Part shown: positions 1 to 12,808 of the stretch, piece after piece
Layout: each line of letters starts with the position of its first letter
How positions within the stretch are numbered: position 1 is the stretch's first letter
DNA from: Octopus vulgaris
Lineage: Eukaryota
Assembly (NCBI GenBank): GCA_951406725.2
Contig: OX597828.1
Location: 11,160,001 to 11,224,000, forward strand
DNA length: 64,000 bases
Reading direction: 5' to 3'
Position numbers and translations under genes: made by a program
The notes under the pieces: generated by a model
What the model was told of the DNA's origin: nothing
Database searches by the model: none
Seen by the model: the letters and a program-made list of their open reading frames with translations, nothing else

Positions 1-2027
1 CACATATTCACGTGCATACATATAAATATAAAATATATATTTGAAAACAAAAACATGCAACACCTCAGCGAAACACTAACACAAACACATACATACGTTT
101 TGTGTAGATACGCATGAGTATTTAGATCCATATATACAAAGGTATGCGCATACATGGACATACGTATGTGCACAAACACGCGTGCACAATCACATACGTT
201 CACATGAACACACGTTCATATATGAGTATGTATGCATGTTTATATGTACTTGTGTGAGTGTGTGCTTGTGCGGGCGGGTTTATGTGAGGCCATGAAGACG
301 TTTTACATGTTTTGCAAAGTGATTGGATATGAAATTAAAACAAAATAGTTTTATCCTCTTGGATTCATGGCATTCATTGTTTTAAACAAAGCAACGCACA
401 CATGCACACTCTTTCTCTAACTTCTATCTCTCCTCTCTCTCTCTCTCTCTCTCTATCTCTATCTCTCTCGCACACACACACACACATGCACACACAGAGA
501 AGCAAACATATGTATACCAAACACGTACGTACCGTTAAATTAACCTGGGTCTTATTTTGTAATAGTATATACTATGGTATTAAGTGTCACAACATTTACT
601 TTGTAATAGTATACGATATGCTATTAAATGTCGCGTCATTTTGTTCTACGTCTATGACCAGGTCACTGACACTCTTTTCCATTTCTAGAGATACAAGAGA
701 GAAACAGCCTTCAAAAATAAATGGAATGAAACAAAAATAATAGAAGATATATAAGTATAAACCTAACTTAGAGTAAAGGAGGAAAGAGATGAACTCACGA
801 ACTGTTTTACTTTCTTTACGGTTTCATTATTATTCTCCATCTCTTCCGAACATAATTTGAGCTTTACAAAATATAATTGCAGATTAGCTGGTTAACGGAG
901 AGCAGCGTACATATTCAAGATTTGATAAATAGAGTGGATAAATACTAGGTCTAGTAAATACACATATGGAATATATCAAGGCTAAGAAGAGTAAAAGTGG
1001 TTGTAAATATGGCGCCGAATTAATATTTCTAAAATGGATCTGGAAGCGGTAACAAGAACAGATGACGTAAGGTGGGACACGAAATCAAGAAAATTCCATA
1101 CAGTAAAATATATACGAGGTATATAAATATATGTATGGATTATGCAGAGGCTGAGAACGGTAAAAATTATGTGCAATTATGCTGACGAAACTATTTTCTT
1201 GAGTGAAATGGATCTGGAAACGGAAACTAAAAGGTAAATACAATAACTACCAATGTACAGGAAACAGAATATGGACGAATGGTATAATGCATTTTTATAC
1301 ATTACTACTTATTGCTTTTTCCATATAACCATATGTTCTGTTCATTGGCGAACAGCATTCCTTCTCGTATAATATTCAAGATTTTGAAAACATTTCTATG
1401 CAGTTTGTGATACGATATATTCTACAATAGCTGTAGATTTATATTTATCTGATAAAAAATCTTTAGTTTTTTCTTTACTTTTATGACACAGAATTTAAAT
1501 TTTATGTAAATATTTTTGTATCTATAAAATCAAGACGTATCATTAAAATACATGTCTGACTTATTTTATTCCAATTATCTATTCACAAATATTAATTCGA
1601 ACTGGCGTGTTTCTCGTCTTTTTTTTCTCCCCGTGAGGTTGTAAAATAACTACAGTAAAAGCAACAGGAGGTGGCGCACGAAGTTTCATCGCAGCGTCGA
1701 CGTACCAACTACTTAGTCAGCTCGGAATCAAGTCAAAAGAAAAACGAAAATGAACTATTTGTAAGAGATAGCTGAGAAAAGCTCAATGCATTAATGAACA
1801 AAAAGGAATGGTAGATGGAACTGAAAAGATATACAACAGCGTCACTAAAAATGTAAGAAGAATATAACCCAGTTTGAGACAATGCAACTTCATGCGGTGG
1901 CCTGTGTGGCCGAGCAATAACCTCTTCCAAAAGTTCCGAGTTCAATCTCAATTGAAGGTGGCATTTAAGTAACAGCAGGAGTCAATACCAAAGTGGACCC
2001 GTCGTCTTTAGAAACTAATGGGATGAA

Positions 2028-2445
2028 GGCGGCGAGCTGGCAGAAACGTTAGCACGCCGGGCGAAATGCGTAGCCGTATTTCGTCTGCCATTATGTTCTG
2101 AGTTCAAATTCCGCCGAGGTCGACTTTGGCTTTCATCCTTTCGGGGTCGATAAATTAAGTACCAGTTACGCACTGGGGTCGATATAATCGACTTAATCCG
2201 TTTATCTGTCCTTGTTTGTCCCCTCTGTCTTTAGCCCCTTGTGGGTAGTAAAGAAATAGGTATTTCGTCTGCCGTCACGTTCTGAGTTCAAATTCCGCCG
2301 AGGTTAACTTTGCCTTTCATCCTTTCGGGGTCGATAAATTAAGTACCAGTTACGCACTGGGGTCGATGTAATTGACTTAATCCCTTTGTCTGTCCTTATT
2401 TGTCTGTCCTTATGTGTTTAGCCCTTTGTGAGCAATAAAGAAATA
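2028..2445 (+). mobile_element. tRNA-headed SINE family A, dimer with long tail
   Basis: A-box-like TGGCAGAAACGTTAGC, B-box GAGTTCAAATTC, central TTTCATCCTTTCGGGGTCGATAAATTAAGTACCAG (resembles Meta/MESC-type SINE core); two units; 18-bp TSD AGAAACT(A/G)ATGGGATGAA at 2010-2027 and 2446-2463; many other copies in window. Confidence 0.9.
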
Positions 2446-3025
2446 AGAAACTGATGGGATGAAACAATTGTTTTACGAGAGTTCTTCCTCTGAAGATTTT
2501 TTTTAATGTCCACTCGTTCTGTGGCGATTTTCTGTTCACCAGCAGTAGATTATTTAGCTGAGAACAACTCAGCCGACTAAAACACTTACCTTGAAACCTG
2601 GATAACTAGTTCCTCATGAAATATAAAGAAAATGAATTTCGTATGTCAAAATGTTCATCTAATTCGTTTAATATGGATTTACTTTAATTTAATATAAAAT
2701 GAGTGAAAAGTTAATTGAATTGACTGTAGAATATACTTTAAAAAAATATCGGAACTCATCTGCATTTTATCCTTTCTCTGAGATAACTGAAATAAATACT
2801 TTTTCATAGTTAAGTGAATAAAAGCATTCTTAATGTTTCAAGCATAGAAATACCAAAAGTAATATCCTATATATTTTAAATGGTATTAATTACTGTCTAA
2901 TATCATTTGTTCCCCGACAAGCATGGGAAATAACTTCTGAAGCCATTTCACTCATAATGAAAATCAACTGTGGAAGTATAAGCTTACCATAATCGCCAAA
3001 ATGTTAATGCTTTAAACACAAAACA

Positions 3026-4307
3026 CCAGGTCATTCCATAAGTTCTGTCCGAATTTTGAATAAAGAAAACAAGCGATCAAATGTTATATTTAATTGAAAT
3101 TTAATCATCAATGTACTTTCCCTGATCATCTATGACTTCCTTCCATCTATTTACAAGCTTTTTAATCCCATCAATGTAAAACGGTTTTGGTTTCAAAGCG
3201 AAGAACTCTGAAATGTCAGTTTCGACCTCCTCCTGGCTTGCGAAAGTTATGTCCCCCAAATGATTCTGTAAACTACGAAACAAATGGCATTCTGAAGGCG
3301 CAAGGTCGGGAGAATAAGGTGGATGAGGAATATTTTTTCCAACCAAGATCTTCGATCTTCTATGATGTGATATTTTCAGTGTGGGGTCGCGCATTGCCCT
3401 GATGAAACATCATACCTTTTCGATTCACTAAAGCGGGTCTTTTTTTCTTCAAAGCTTGATTCAAACGCTCTAATTACTGACAGTAGACTTGAGCATTGAT
3501 TGTTGCATTAGGTGGTAACAATTCAAAGTAAATTACTCCTTTGCAATCCCACCAGATAGAGAGAAGAACCTTTTTCCCATGAAGTTCCCTTCACGGTTGT
3601 GGTTGAGTTTTTTTCCCTTTTACCAAGCCACTATTTACGACATTTAACATTTCGAAAAAAGATCCACTTTTCGTCACCAGTCACAAGTCTATTCAAAAAG
3701 GGTGAAATGAGTTCGCGAGAATGGAGAGGAGAGCAGATATCAACTCGGTATTTGCGGTTGCTTTTGGACAATTCACGGGGCACCCATTTTCCAAGTTTAG
3801 GAACCTTTCTAAGTTGTTGAAGATAACGATGAACAGTTGTATGGTTTTAACTAAGCTTTATTGCCAATTCTTCAACTGATAATGCAGGATTTTCTTCAAG
3901 TAATGCTTCAAGGTGCTTATTAGCAAACTCAACTGGACGCCCTGTTCGATCTTCAGTTTCAAAGCTGAAATCTTCAATTACTGAATTTTGCAAACCATCT
4001 TCTGCAAGTTCATTCATTCAATCATTCTTTCCCATAAACTGAGTGTATGTTTCGAGTCATTTCGGCTGCAGAGTTTCCTTTTTTGTACTCATAAAGTATT
4101 GTGTGCCTTAAATGCTCTTTGGATACTTCCATATTAGAAATGGTTTTTATCAAAGACATTTTAATTCTATTATTCTGTAAAATAATACTTAATTATTTTT
4201 AAATGCATAAAAATAATTTTTAATTCCATTAGACATTCTAAAATACTATTAAATTTCATTCAATTTTAAAAAAGATAAAATCGGACAGAACTTATGGGAT
4301 GACCTGA
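3026..4307 (-). mobile_element. Full-length mariner DNA transposon (~1.28 kb), defective
   Basis: TIRs CAGGTCATTCCATAAGTTCTGTCCGA / TCGGACAGAACTTATGGGATGACCTG followed by TA; internal transposase remnant. Confidence 0.95.
3101..4132 (-). pseudogene. mariner transposase pseudogene
   Basis: Minus-strand MEVSKEHLRHTILYEYKKG..., KWVPREL, VTGDEKW, HQGNARPH, HPPYSPDLAPSECHLFRSLQN motifs interrupted by stops and frameshifts. Confidence 0.92.
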
Positions 4308-4779
4308 TAAATATTATACAAAATAGTATAATATCCTATCGTATATTATTGTCTCTCCAGTTTGCTCGGTTTGGTTTTTAGAGACCACTGATTATGTTAA
4401 AAGTTTACGAAAATTTTCAGTGTAAAGTACTGAAGGCGACTATTTTATCTTAATAAGCTAAGTCCAAAAGCATTCGAGTTTGTCTCCCTCGCTCGTTCAA
4501 AGAATAATGATAGCTAATATACGATAGCTAATATATCCTTGTCAGTGGATATAATTCACTGTAGTTATTTCTGATATTGAAAATCTGAAAAAAAAAAATG
4601 GTTAAATTCCACATATTAGGTAAATATATGGTTGGCACCCCTTTGTAATTAAATCATCATATCATGTTATCTAGCGATACATGAATGTGTTTTTCTACAA
4701 ACATTATATAACAACTTGTTACTACATAGAAATAAGCTATACTTCCGTTGATGAACCTAAAAATCTGGAAATTTTTGGA

Positions 4780-5300
4780 GTTGTAAATTTTGAGTGATGC
4801 GTTGCAGTGGAGAAATATTTTTAAGACGGCTAAACAACGTTGGGTTTTGGCAGCATATTTGCGAAGGTTGACCTGCAGTTTTTATGTTCTTTGCCAGTCC
4901 AGTGAGAATAGTAATATGAATACACTTGAATTTCTCTTTTCACACATGCAAATTGCTATCCCTGTTACTTGAAGATAAACATATGCTAGTGGGATTGGGG
5001 CTTTTATAAGGAAGTAGTTTTAAAAGAAGAAATATGGGCAAAGTTACATTCTGAGAGATGAAGAACACCAGAGTTGGCAAGAGAATTACTAAGAGTGTGG
5101 GGCTGATCTGACGAGCCATAGAACCAACTAGTTCAGAATAGAAGCAGTTAAAATAGAAAAAAATCTTTGTCTTATTTGTGACAGAGTCGTATTCGCGAGT
5201 GAATATTTATAAATGAGTGAAATGCCTGACTTTTTAATCACTGTTCTTCGTATGCATCGAAGCAGTAGCATTGTAGATATGTAAACAATACTGCAAGGGT
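4780..5300 (-). mobile_element. Possible very decayed Penelope GIY-YIG endonuclease region
   Basis: Fragmentary translations resembling CxxCxxEK and the terminal Cys motif of PLE endonucleases; heavily disrupted. Confidence 0.25.
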
Positions 5301-6259
5301 AATATATTCTGAGATCTGCAGAAAGATAGAAAGTGACCAAGGTGTAAAGGTATTATTGGCGCTAAAAGGGAACCGCAATTGTCGTGATGCAGTGTTTAGC
5401 CATGTTGTATATGTAAAGTGAGTATGAGAGCGCTTCGGAGTTAACGAGGCTAAAATTTGCACCAAATTAGAGTTTTTTTTAGGCGTTGTTAATCACTAGA
5501 GTGTATTACCTACATGTTTGTATATTTGGTGTGTGTAGTGATCGTGGGGCATTGGAATGAATAAAAAGAACAAAAACACAACGACTGACAGGATTCAAGC
5601 CGCCAATCTATCCCTTACAGGGCTACAGGATTATCGATTACCTTTCGGAGATCCAATACATGTACGGTTATGTATATATATATATATGGGTTTGCACGAA
5701 TACGTCTCGCTGTACGTCTGTGTGCTGTGTATATGTGCATGCGTTAGTGTGTATCTGTAAGTGTGTGTGTGTACGTATTGTTGTGCATCTGTATGGTGTG
5801 TGTACGTATGAGCATGTGTGTGTGAGCGTGTATGGGTGCCTGTATATTTCAGTGCCTGTTTGTTTATGAGTCAGGGTGTGTGTGTGTGGTTAAAGTAATG
5901 CCGATTGCTAAGCGTGTGTTCTGTTGGGGGATGTTGACTGTAAATATGTTCCAACTGAATCAGCCGATACCATTCATTAACAAAGCCAAACCATTGATCA
6001 GTAGAGTTAATACTTGGCCTTTACAGGTGTTATTAATGGAACTCACTCATTGCAACACTGCACTGTCATAAATTGTCCTAAACACAACTGACATGGCACA
6101 GCTCAAATAGTCTCATTCTCACTGTGCACCCACACTGCTAGCATGCTCTCTCGCGCGCGCGTGTGGGTGTTTGTCTCTGAGTGTGTATGTGTGTGTGTGT
6201 GTGTGTGTGTGTCTTACTCTTTCTGTTCTTCCTTATCTATCTGACACTCTCTTTCACTA

Positions 6260-6287
6260 TCTATGTGTCTCTATCTATCTGTCTATC

Positions 6288-6357
<70 letters not shown>

Positions 6358-6414
6358 GCAGTCTATCTATCTATCTAACTATATATCTATCTATCTAACT
6401 ATCTATCTAACTAC

Positions 6415-6489
<75 letters not shown>

Positions 6490-6602
6490 ACTATCTATCT
6501 AACTACCTATCTATCTAACTATATATCTATCTATCTAACTATCTAACTATCTATCTATCTATATATCTATCTATCTATCTATCTAACTATCTATCTAACT
6601 AC

Positions 6603-6669
<67 letters not shown>

Positions 6670-7020
6670 ACTATCTATCTAACTACCTATCTATCTAACT
6701 ATATATCTATCTATCTAACTATCTAACTATCTATCTAACTATATATCTATCTATCTATCAATCTAACTATCTATCTAACTACCTATCTATCTATCTAACT
6801 ATATATCTATCTATCAATCTAACTATCTATCTAACTAACTACCTATCTATCTAACTATATATATCTATCTATCAATCTAACTATCTAACTACCTATCTAA
6901 CTAACTACCTATCTATCTAACTATCTATCTATCTAACTATCTAACTATCTATCTATCAATCTAACTATCTATCTATCTAACTATCTATCTAAGTATCTAT
7001 CTATCTAACTATATCTATCT
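6260..7020. repeat. Long degenerate (TATC)n microsatellite with internal higher-order duplication
   Basis: TATC/TAAC/TACC units; variant pattern repeats at ~180-bp spacing (6421-6600 vs 6601-6780). Confidence 0.95.
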
Positions 7021-7043
7021 GTCAATGTATGCTTTTACTTATC

Positions 7044-7470
7044 AAGCGTGTATCTGTCGTAAGTAGCTTGCTACCTAACCGAATGGTTCCGGGTTCAGTA
7101 TCTCTGCGTGGAAGCGTGGGCAAGTGACATCTACAATAGCCTTGTGAATGTATTTGGTAGACGGAAACTGAAATAATCACGTCGTATATGTGTGTGTGCG
7201 TGTGTCTATGTGTGTGTGTGTGTGTGTGTGCGTGCGTGCGTGTGTTTGTGTGTGTCTTTGTCTATGTTTGCTCCCCCATAACCCTTTGATAACCGGTGTA
7301 GGTGTGTTATCGTCCCTGTCACCTTACAGTTCGCAAAAGAAACCGATAGAATAAGTAATCAGCTTTAAAAAAAATAAGTCCTAGGGTCGACTTGTTCGAC
7401 TAAAAACCCTTCAAGGTGGTGCTCCAGCATGGCCGTAGTCTAATGACTGAAACAAGTAAAAGAATAACAG
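7044..7470 (+). mobile_element. SINE family B (tRNA head, CORE-like domain, internal (TG)n)
   Basis: GTAAGTAGCTTGC...GGTTCCGGGTTCAGT head, GGGCAAGTG CORE-like motif, 3' GGTGCTCCAGCATGGCCGTAGTC..ATGACTGAAACAAGTAAAAGA; homologous to 48953 and 61955 copies. Confidence 0.85.
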
Positions 7471-7571
7471 ATTATCTCTATCTCTACGTTTCCTTCTCTC
7501 TCTCTCTCATCGATCTTATAATTTTTCTCTTTAAATCTACTGATTTTCCTTAACTATACTTGTTTCCCTAG

Positions 7572-7935
7572 GTCTGTGGGAAGACCATTCTTACCATACA
7601 AGGATGCTTGCGAAAGGGACATGAAGGCCTGCGACATCAACATTAGCAACTGGGAAGCAGTTGCCAGCAACCGTGGAGATTGGCGACGGACCGTAAAAGA
7701 GGGAACACAAAGGAGTGACAGAGAGAGAGAGGAGAAATGGAAAGACAAGAAAAGACGTCAACAAGAAACTATGACATTACGACCAGCCAGGAACCTGCCA
7801 GAGGGAGTGTTTGTCCGGAGTAGGACTACACAGCCACAGCAGGAGATGTATTAGGACATGAAAGTAAAAGCCGGACAAGATTATTTTATGCGCAACTCCA
7901 TTGTCTCCCGAGACAAAAAGGATGCCAACAAAAAC
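7572..7935 (+). mobile_element. RTE-clade LINE 3' fragment
   Basis: GRPFLPYKDACERDMKACDINISNWEAVASNRGDWR typical of RTE ORF C-terminus, followed by a decayed C2H2-like motif and short 3' UTR. Confidence 0.85.
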
Positions 7936-8029
7936 AACACTTGTCTCCTTTTACATTCTAACTCACCTCACTCATTAAACCTTTACTTCTCTCCCTTGTC
8001 GTCTTACTCAAATCATACATACCCACTAT

Positions 8030-8212
8030 ATCTGCCGGTCAATCTGGAGCGAAGACTCTCTGTATTCGATTGACCTGATAAAGCAAACTACAACATCTCC
8101 CTTCAATTTCAAGAGCACTCCAGGCTTATTTCAATAAGACTGTGTGTTATTGACAGGAATATCTTTAATTATATAAATGTGCAGTCAGAATTGACCTGGG
8201 GTTAAACAACAT
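8030..8212 (+). repeat. Old dispersed repeat family F fragment
   Basis: End TGACCTGGGGTTAAACAAC related to segments near 10110-10170, 35525-35600 (-) and 45928-45990 (-). Confidence 0.45.
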
Positions 8213-8467
8213 CGCATACTCTGGCGTACCCTTCTATTACTTAGTCCTAGAGCCATTTAATTTCTACAATCGAGGAAGATGGAGAAATCTCTCTGCCACA
8301 ATGGTAATCTGACGTCTTTCTTCTCCCTACCCCCTATCTCCCTCTGTCTCTTTTTCTCTCTTTTTCTCTTTCACCCCATCTCTCTCTCTTTCTCTTTCTC
8401 TCACACACGCACACACACACTTTTACATACGGATAGACAAACATGACAGAGATTTATATATACATAT

Positions 8468-8880
8468 TAGACTACCCGTGACCCGTTGGATACCAATAGT
8501 TCAAGATACCCGAAAAAAACGTGTATCTCCGGAAACCATGGTCCGATTTACGCGAAATTTGTTTTATTCCGTTTGTATTCACATTTCAGGGGCTCTTTAC
8601 TTTCAGAGTATTTTCCCAAATTACAGACAAAATGCACGCAAACAAAACTATCCAGATGTTCATAGTAAAGGGCAATAACTCCAGGTTTCACTGCTTAAAT
8701 TTGTGGTAACAAACCCCAAAAACGCGTATCTCAGGAATCCGTGGTCCGATTTGCGCGAAATCTGTTTACATTTACATTTTAGGAGTACCTTACGTTCAGA
8801 GTATTTTCCCATTATGCACCGGTTTGGCTGTATTAAATTACAGAAAAGCTACAAGCAATCACAGACTTTTAGCATTATTT
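8468..8880 (-). mobile_element. Putative non-autonomous Helitron-like element with internal ~110-bp duplication
   Basis: Minus end ...CAACGGGTCACGGGTAGTCTAA resembles hairpin+CTAG terminus; 8510-8620 duplicated at 8716-8812. Confidence 0.4.
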
Positions 8881-8946
8881 ATCTTTCTCTCTCTCTCTAT
8901 TTATCTTTCTCATACTTTCTCTCTCGCTAGCGCTCTTCTCCACTTC

Positions 8947-9012
<66 letters not shown>

Positions 9013-9135
9013 ATGCATCTTTTAGCGCTCTTCATTTCTTTCTCTCTTTCTCTCTTCTCTTTTTCCCTTAAATCTGCCACCCCAGTTACACTAACAAAAG
9101 TTTTGGGTTTTTTTCTTCTTCTATGATCAGTAAAT

Positions 9136-9543
9136 GTTATTTCCTATTTGCTTCTATCTAGAAATTAAAGGATATGACTACTATTCCCTTCAAACTTTGC
9201 TTTTTGTGCTTTGGGCATCTGTGTTTTGAAACTTACCTATGTTCCATTAAATTTCAAGTAGATTCAGCACTGAATTACTGAAGCAGAAATATCACAACAG
9301 CAAATATCCTGCTCAATAACACAGACTTGCTTAAAAACTTGACCATGTCTCTTAGTAGCTGACAATATGTACATTTCTGGTCATGTGAAGGACTCCTGCA
9401 ACTATCATAGCCATGTGAGGAAGCTTTATAGCCATATGTTGAAAGGGATTCTTTGGTGTTTGAATAAATGTAACAAAAGCAAAATTTGAAAGAAATATTA
9501 GCCATTTTTCGTACTTTCTAGGGGTGAGCAAATAGGAAATAAC
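9136..9543. mobile_element. Inverted-repeat-bounded element (MITE-like) containing family-D-related sequence
   Basis: GTTATTTCCTATTTGCT-n5-CTAGAAA (9136-9164) is inverted at 9515-9543; interior homologous to 60060-60215. Confidence 0.55.
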
Positions 9544-9604
9544 TGTTGCTACCCAAGGATAAAAATCCTGTTATACTGTATTAGGTATTACTAATGTACT
9601 GTTT

Positions 9605-9991
9605 GTGGAGGCGCAATGGCCCAGTGGTTAGGGCAGCGGACTCGCGGTCATAGGATCGCGGTTTCGATTCCCAGACCGGGCGTTGTGAGTGTTTATTGAG
9701 CGAAAACACCTAAAAAGCTCCACGAGGATCCGGCAGGGGATGGTGGTGATCCCTGCTGTACTCTTTCACCACAACTTTCTCTCACTCTTACTTCCTGTTT
9801 CTGTTGTACCTGTATTTCAAGGGGCCGGCCTTGTCACTCTCTGTGTCACGCTGAATTTCCCCGAGAATTACGTTATGGGTGCACGTGTCTGTGGAGTGCT
9901 CAGCCACCTACACGTTAATTTTACGAGCAGGCTGTTCCGTTGATTCGGATCAACCGGAACCCTCATCGTCGTAACCGACGGAGTGCTTCCA
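9605..9991 (+). mobile_element. SINE family C, full-length young copy
   Basis: GTGGAGGCGCAATGGCCCAGTGGTTAGG A-box, GGTTTCGATTCC B-box; near-identical copies at 40665 (-) and 54790; TSD TAATGTACT(G/C)TTT at 9592-9604 and 9993-10005. Confidence 0.93.
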
Positions 9992-10392
9992 TTAATGTAC
10001 TCTTTCTTTGCAAGTATTCGAAAACCAGCCAACAGACTAACATGCACTCGGTCGCTCAATGTGGTAGAAAGAGCTGCGAAACCTCCATCAAAGGCGGAAA
10101 TGTCATGCCTGGAATCTTCTGACCAGAGATCTGCTCGATCAGCGCTGATTCGGAACGAACCAGCAACAGTAACATCCACCATTCAAATCCTCAGTTATTT
10201 TACTTTTTCTTTTTTTTTCTATATTACTGTTATCTCCCTTTATCATTTATACTCTCCTGACACCCTTTATTTTCAACTTCTCATTAATCTCTATTTCTCT
10301 TTATTTCGTCTCTCTTTTTTTGTCCTTCTAACAAATACACCCCTCTCTCTCTTTATATGATGTAAATACACTCCCCTCTCTCTCTCTCTCCT

Positions 10393-10436
<44 letters not shown>

Positions 10437-10578
10437 GCTCTCCATTTTCTAACCTATTATTTTTCTAACTCTCATTATTCTCTTATTATCATTTACCTTT
10501 CTTTTACCGTTCTAACACATGCTCTCCCTCTATTTCTCACAAGTTCCCTCTCTTGCTTTCTCTCTCACACATATACAT

Positions 10579-10632
<54 letters not shown>

Positions 10633-11057
10633 CTAGCCCTTTATTTCTTTTCTATCTCTCATTATTCTCTCCCTGTCTTTACATTCTCTCTCTATTTTAC
10701 GTCTTTGTTACACGCCCTCTCTCGCATATACGCACTTACGCGTTTTCATTCTCTTCCACTCTTCACTTTCTCTCTCTCACCTGCACTCTCTTTCTGTCCA
10801 TCTCTCTCTCACTTTCTCTCTGCCTCTCTCTCTCTCTCTCCATTTCTCTTTCTCTCTCTCTCTCTGTCTCTCCCTCTCTCTCTCTCTCTCTTCTTTTCTA
10901 ACATGGCCATTATTTATTGCAGGGACCAGTTCTGTGCGCATGTAGTGAAACGCCTTGAAATTAAGCGTAATTAATTGAGCTAACAAAGCTGGATTGCAGG
11001 ACACCATGTGACGTTGGAATTGCTTTCTCGTAGTTTATGACTGACCACCATTGCAAT

Positions 11058-11283
11058 CAGCCACATCATCATCATCACAGTCCATCATCATCATCATCTT
11101 CTTCATCCTCATTATCATCATCATCATCATCATCATCATCCTCATTATTATCATCATCATCCATCATCATCATTATCATCATCATCACCACCACCATCCC
11201 TCATCATCATTATCATTGTCGTCATCACCACACGCATTATCATCATCACCCTATCATCATCAACGTCGACATCATCATCGTCG

Positions 11284-11314
<31 letters not shown>

Positions 11315-11878
11315 CATCCGCATTATCATCTTCATCATCCATGATCATCATCATCATCAGCACCACCATCACCATCACCATCCATTATCATCATCATCAT
11401 CATTGTTGTCATCATCGCACGCATTATCAACATCACCCTATCATCATCAACATCGACATCATCATCATCACCACCACCACCACCATCCATCATCATCATT
11501 GTCGTCATCATTGAACGCATTATCATAATCACCCTATCATCGTCGTCGTCATCATCATCATCATCATTATCATCATCATCATCATCATCACTACCAGCAC
11601 CAGCACCAGCAACAACAACTAAACCAACATCGTCTCTTGGTCCTCATCTTCGCTGCAACAAGTACTGCAACCAACAACAACGCCAAATGTGTCTTCCCCA
11701 TCATCAGCAGCTGATTCAGAAGAAGAAGCAGCAGCAGCAGCAGCAGCGTCACGGATTTCGCCATCTTCGTTATTGTCGCAATAATGAGTAACATCATCAT
11801 CAACATCCTTATCCTGCTCGATTAGAGATGACCTCAGACCAAACAACAACACAGCAACGAATACCACGATAACAACAT

Positions 11879-11949
<71 letters not shown>

Positions 11950-11990
11950 ACTACTACTGCTGCTACTACTCCTACTACTACTACTACTAC
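11058..11990. repeat. Compound trinucleotide low-complexity block (CAT)n, (CAG/CAA)n, (CTA)n, (CTG)n
   Basis: Direct inspection; a ~70-bp variant unit (CATTGTCGTCATC..CACGCATTATC..CACCCTATC) recurs three times in 11200-11545. Confidence 0.95.
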
Positions 11991-12051
11991 AGCAAAATGG
12001 ACCTTAAACGTCCTGCTTAAAGTTTCTGTCACCCAGTATTATCAGGGTGTA

Positions 12052-12470
12052 TCTTCTTCTTCTTCTTCTTCTTCTTCTTCTTCTTCTTCTGGCATTCACC
12101 CGTGGTGGGTTGAGCTGGCTTCATTCATCCTCAACGACCGCGTGATCTCCAACCACGGCGAACGCCGTAGACATGGGGGCCTAGGTTGGGTTCCAGATCA
12201 GCCTTCACTGTCGTCAGCCAGGTTTTTCGTTGTCCACCACATCGCTTTCGCCAACCCTGAAAGGGAGCTAGGGCAATTGCTTCGTAGATGAATTATCCTG
12301 GTTGACGACGGAGGGCATGACCCAGCCAACGCAGACGTCTGGTTAGGATGACTTGTCGGAGGGAGGTGATTCTGCACTGGTGTCGCACCGAATTGGTGGA
12401 GACAAAGTGATGCCATCGGACACGAAGGATGCGGCGTAGACAGAGGTGATCGAAGGATTCTAGTCGCTTA
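12052..12470 (-). mobile_element. RTE-clade LINE 3' end with (GAA)n tail
   Basis: RLESFDHLCLRRILRVRW...RRLRWLGHALRR...GGQRKTW motifs; (CTT)n on + at 12052-12090. Confidence 0.88.
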
Positions 12471-12587
12471 ATATATATAATATATATATAAGAGTGTATC
12501 TCACACCACTGAACCCATTTAGTAAGGTGTATGTTATGTAGTTGACCCCACGATGCAATTTGTGACACTTTTGGATTTCTAATGACA

Positions 12588-12808
12588 TTAATCCTGTAGC
12601 ATTCGGATTACTCTGTTCAATGTAAAGCTTATTTATTCTCATTGTTTGGAATCCACCACGCATTTATCTCGTAGCTTTGAGATTGCCATGATGTCAATGT
12701 TTATTTTAGAATAACAATGTAGGGTAAGTGTGAAAAGCAGGATCTGGGCAGTTTGAGCATAAAACATGAAGACTTTGGGAACCAGATGTAGTCGTTTTAA
12801 AATTTAAC
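12588..12808. mobile_element. Decayed MITE, possibly piggyBac-like (TTAA-CCC-type end)
   Basis: Begins TTAATCCTGTAGCATTCGGATTACTCTG; resembles a common octopus repeat as I recall it; right end degenerate. Confidence 0.4.

Noticed and set aside
9232-9240. Strong minus-strand donor AGGTAAGT
   Set aside because: Inside a repeat element with in-frame stops upstream
9689-9943. Recurrent ORF MFIERKHLKSSTR.. (also 40715, 54874)
   Set aside because: Lies inside SINE C; recurrence reflects the repeat and the frame differs between copies
10000-10190. GC-richer open stretch resembling an exon
   Set aside because: Its 3' part resembles old repeat family F (GATCTGCTCGATCAGCGCTGA..); no good splice sites
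11037-12032. His/Ser/Asp/Ala-rich ORFs in several frames
   Set aside because: Translation of trinucleotide repeats that are open in many frames on both strands; no splice or domain evidence
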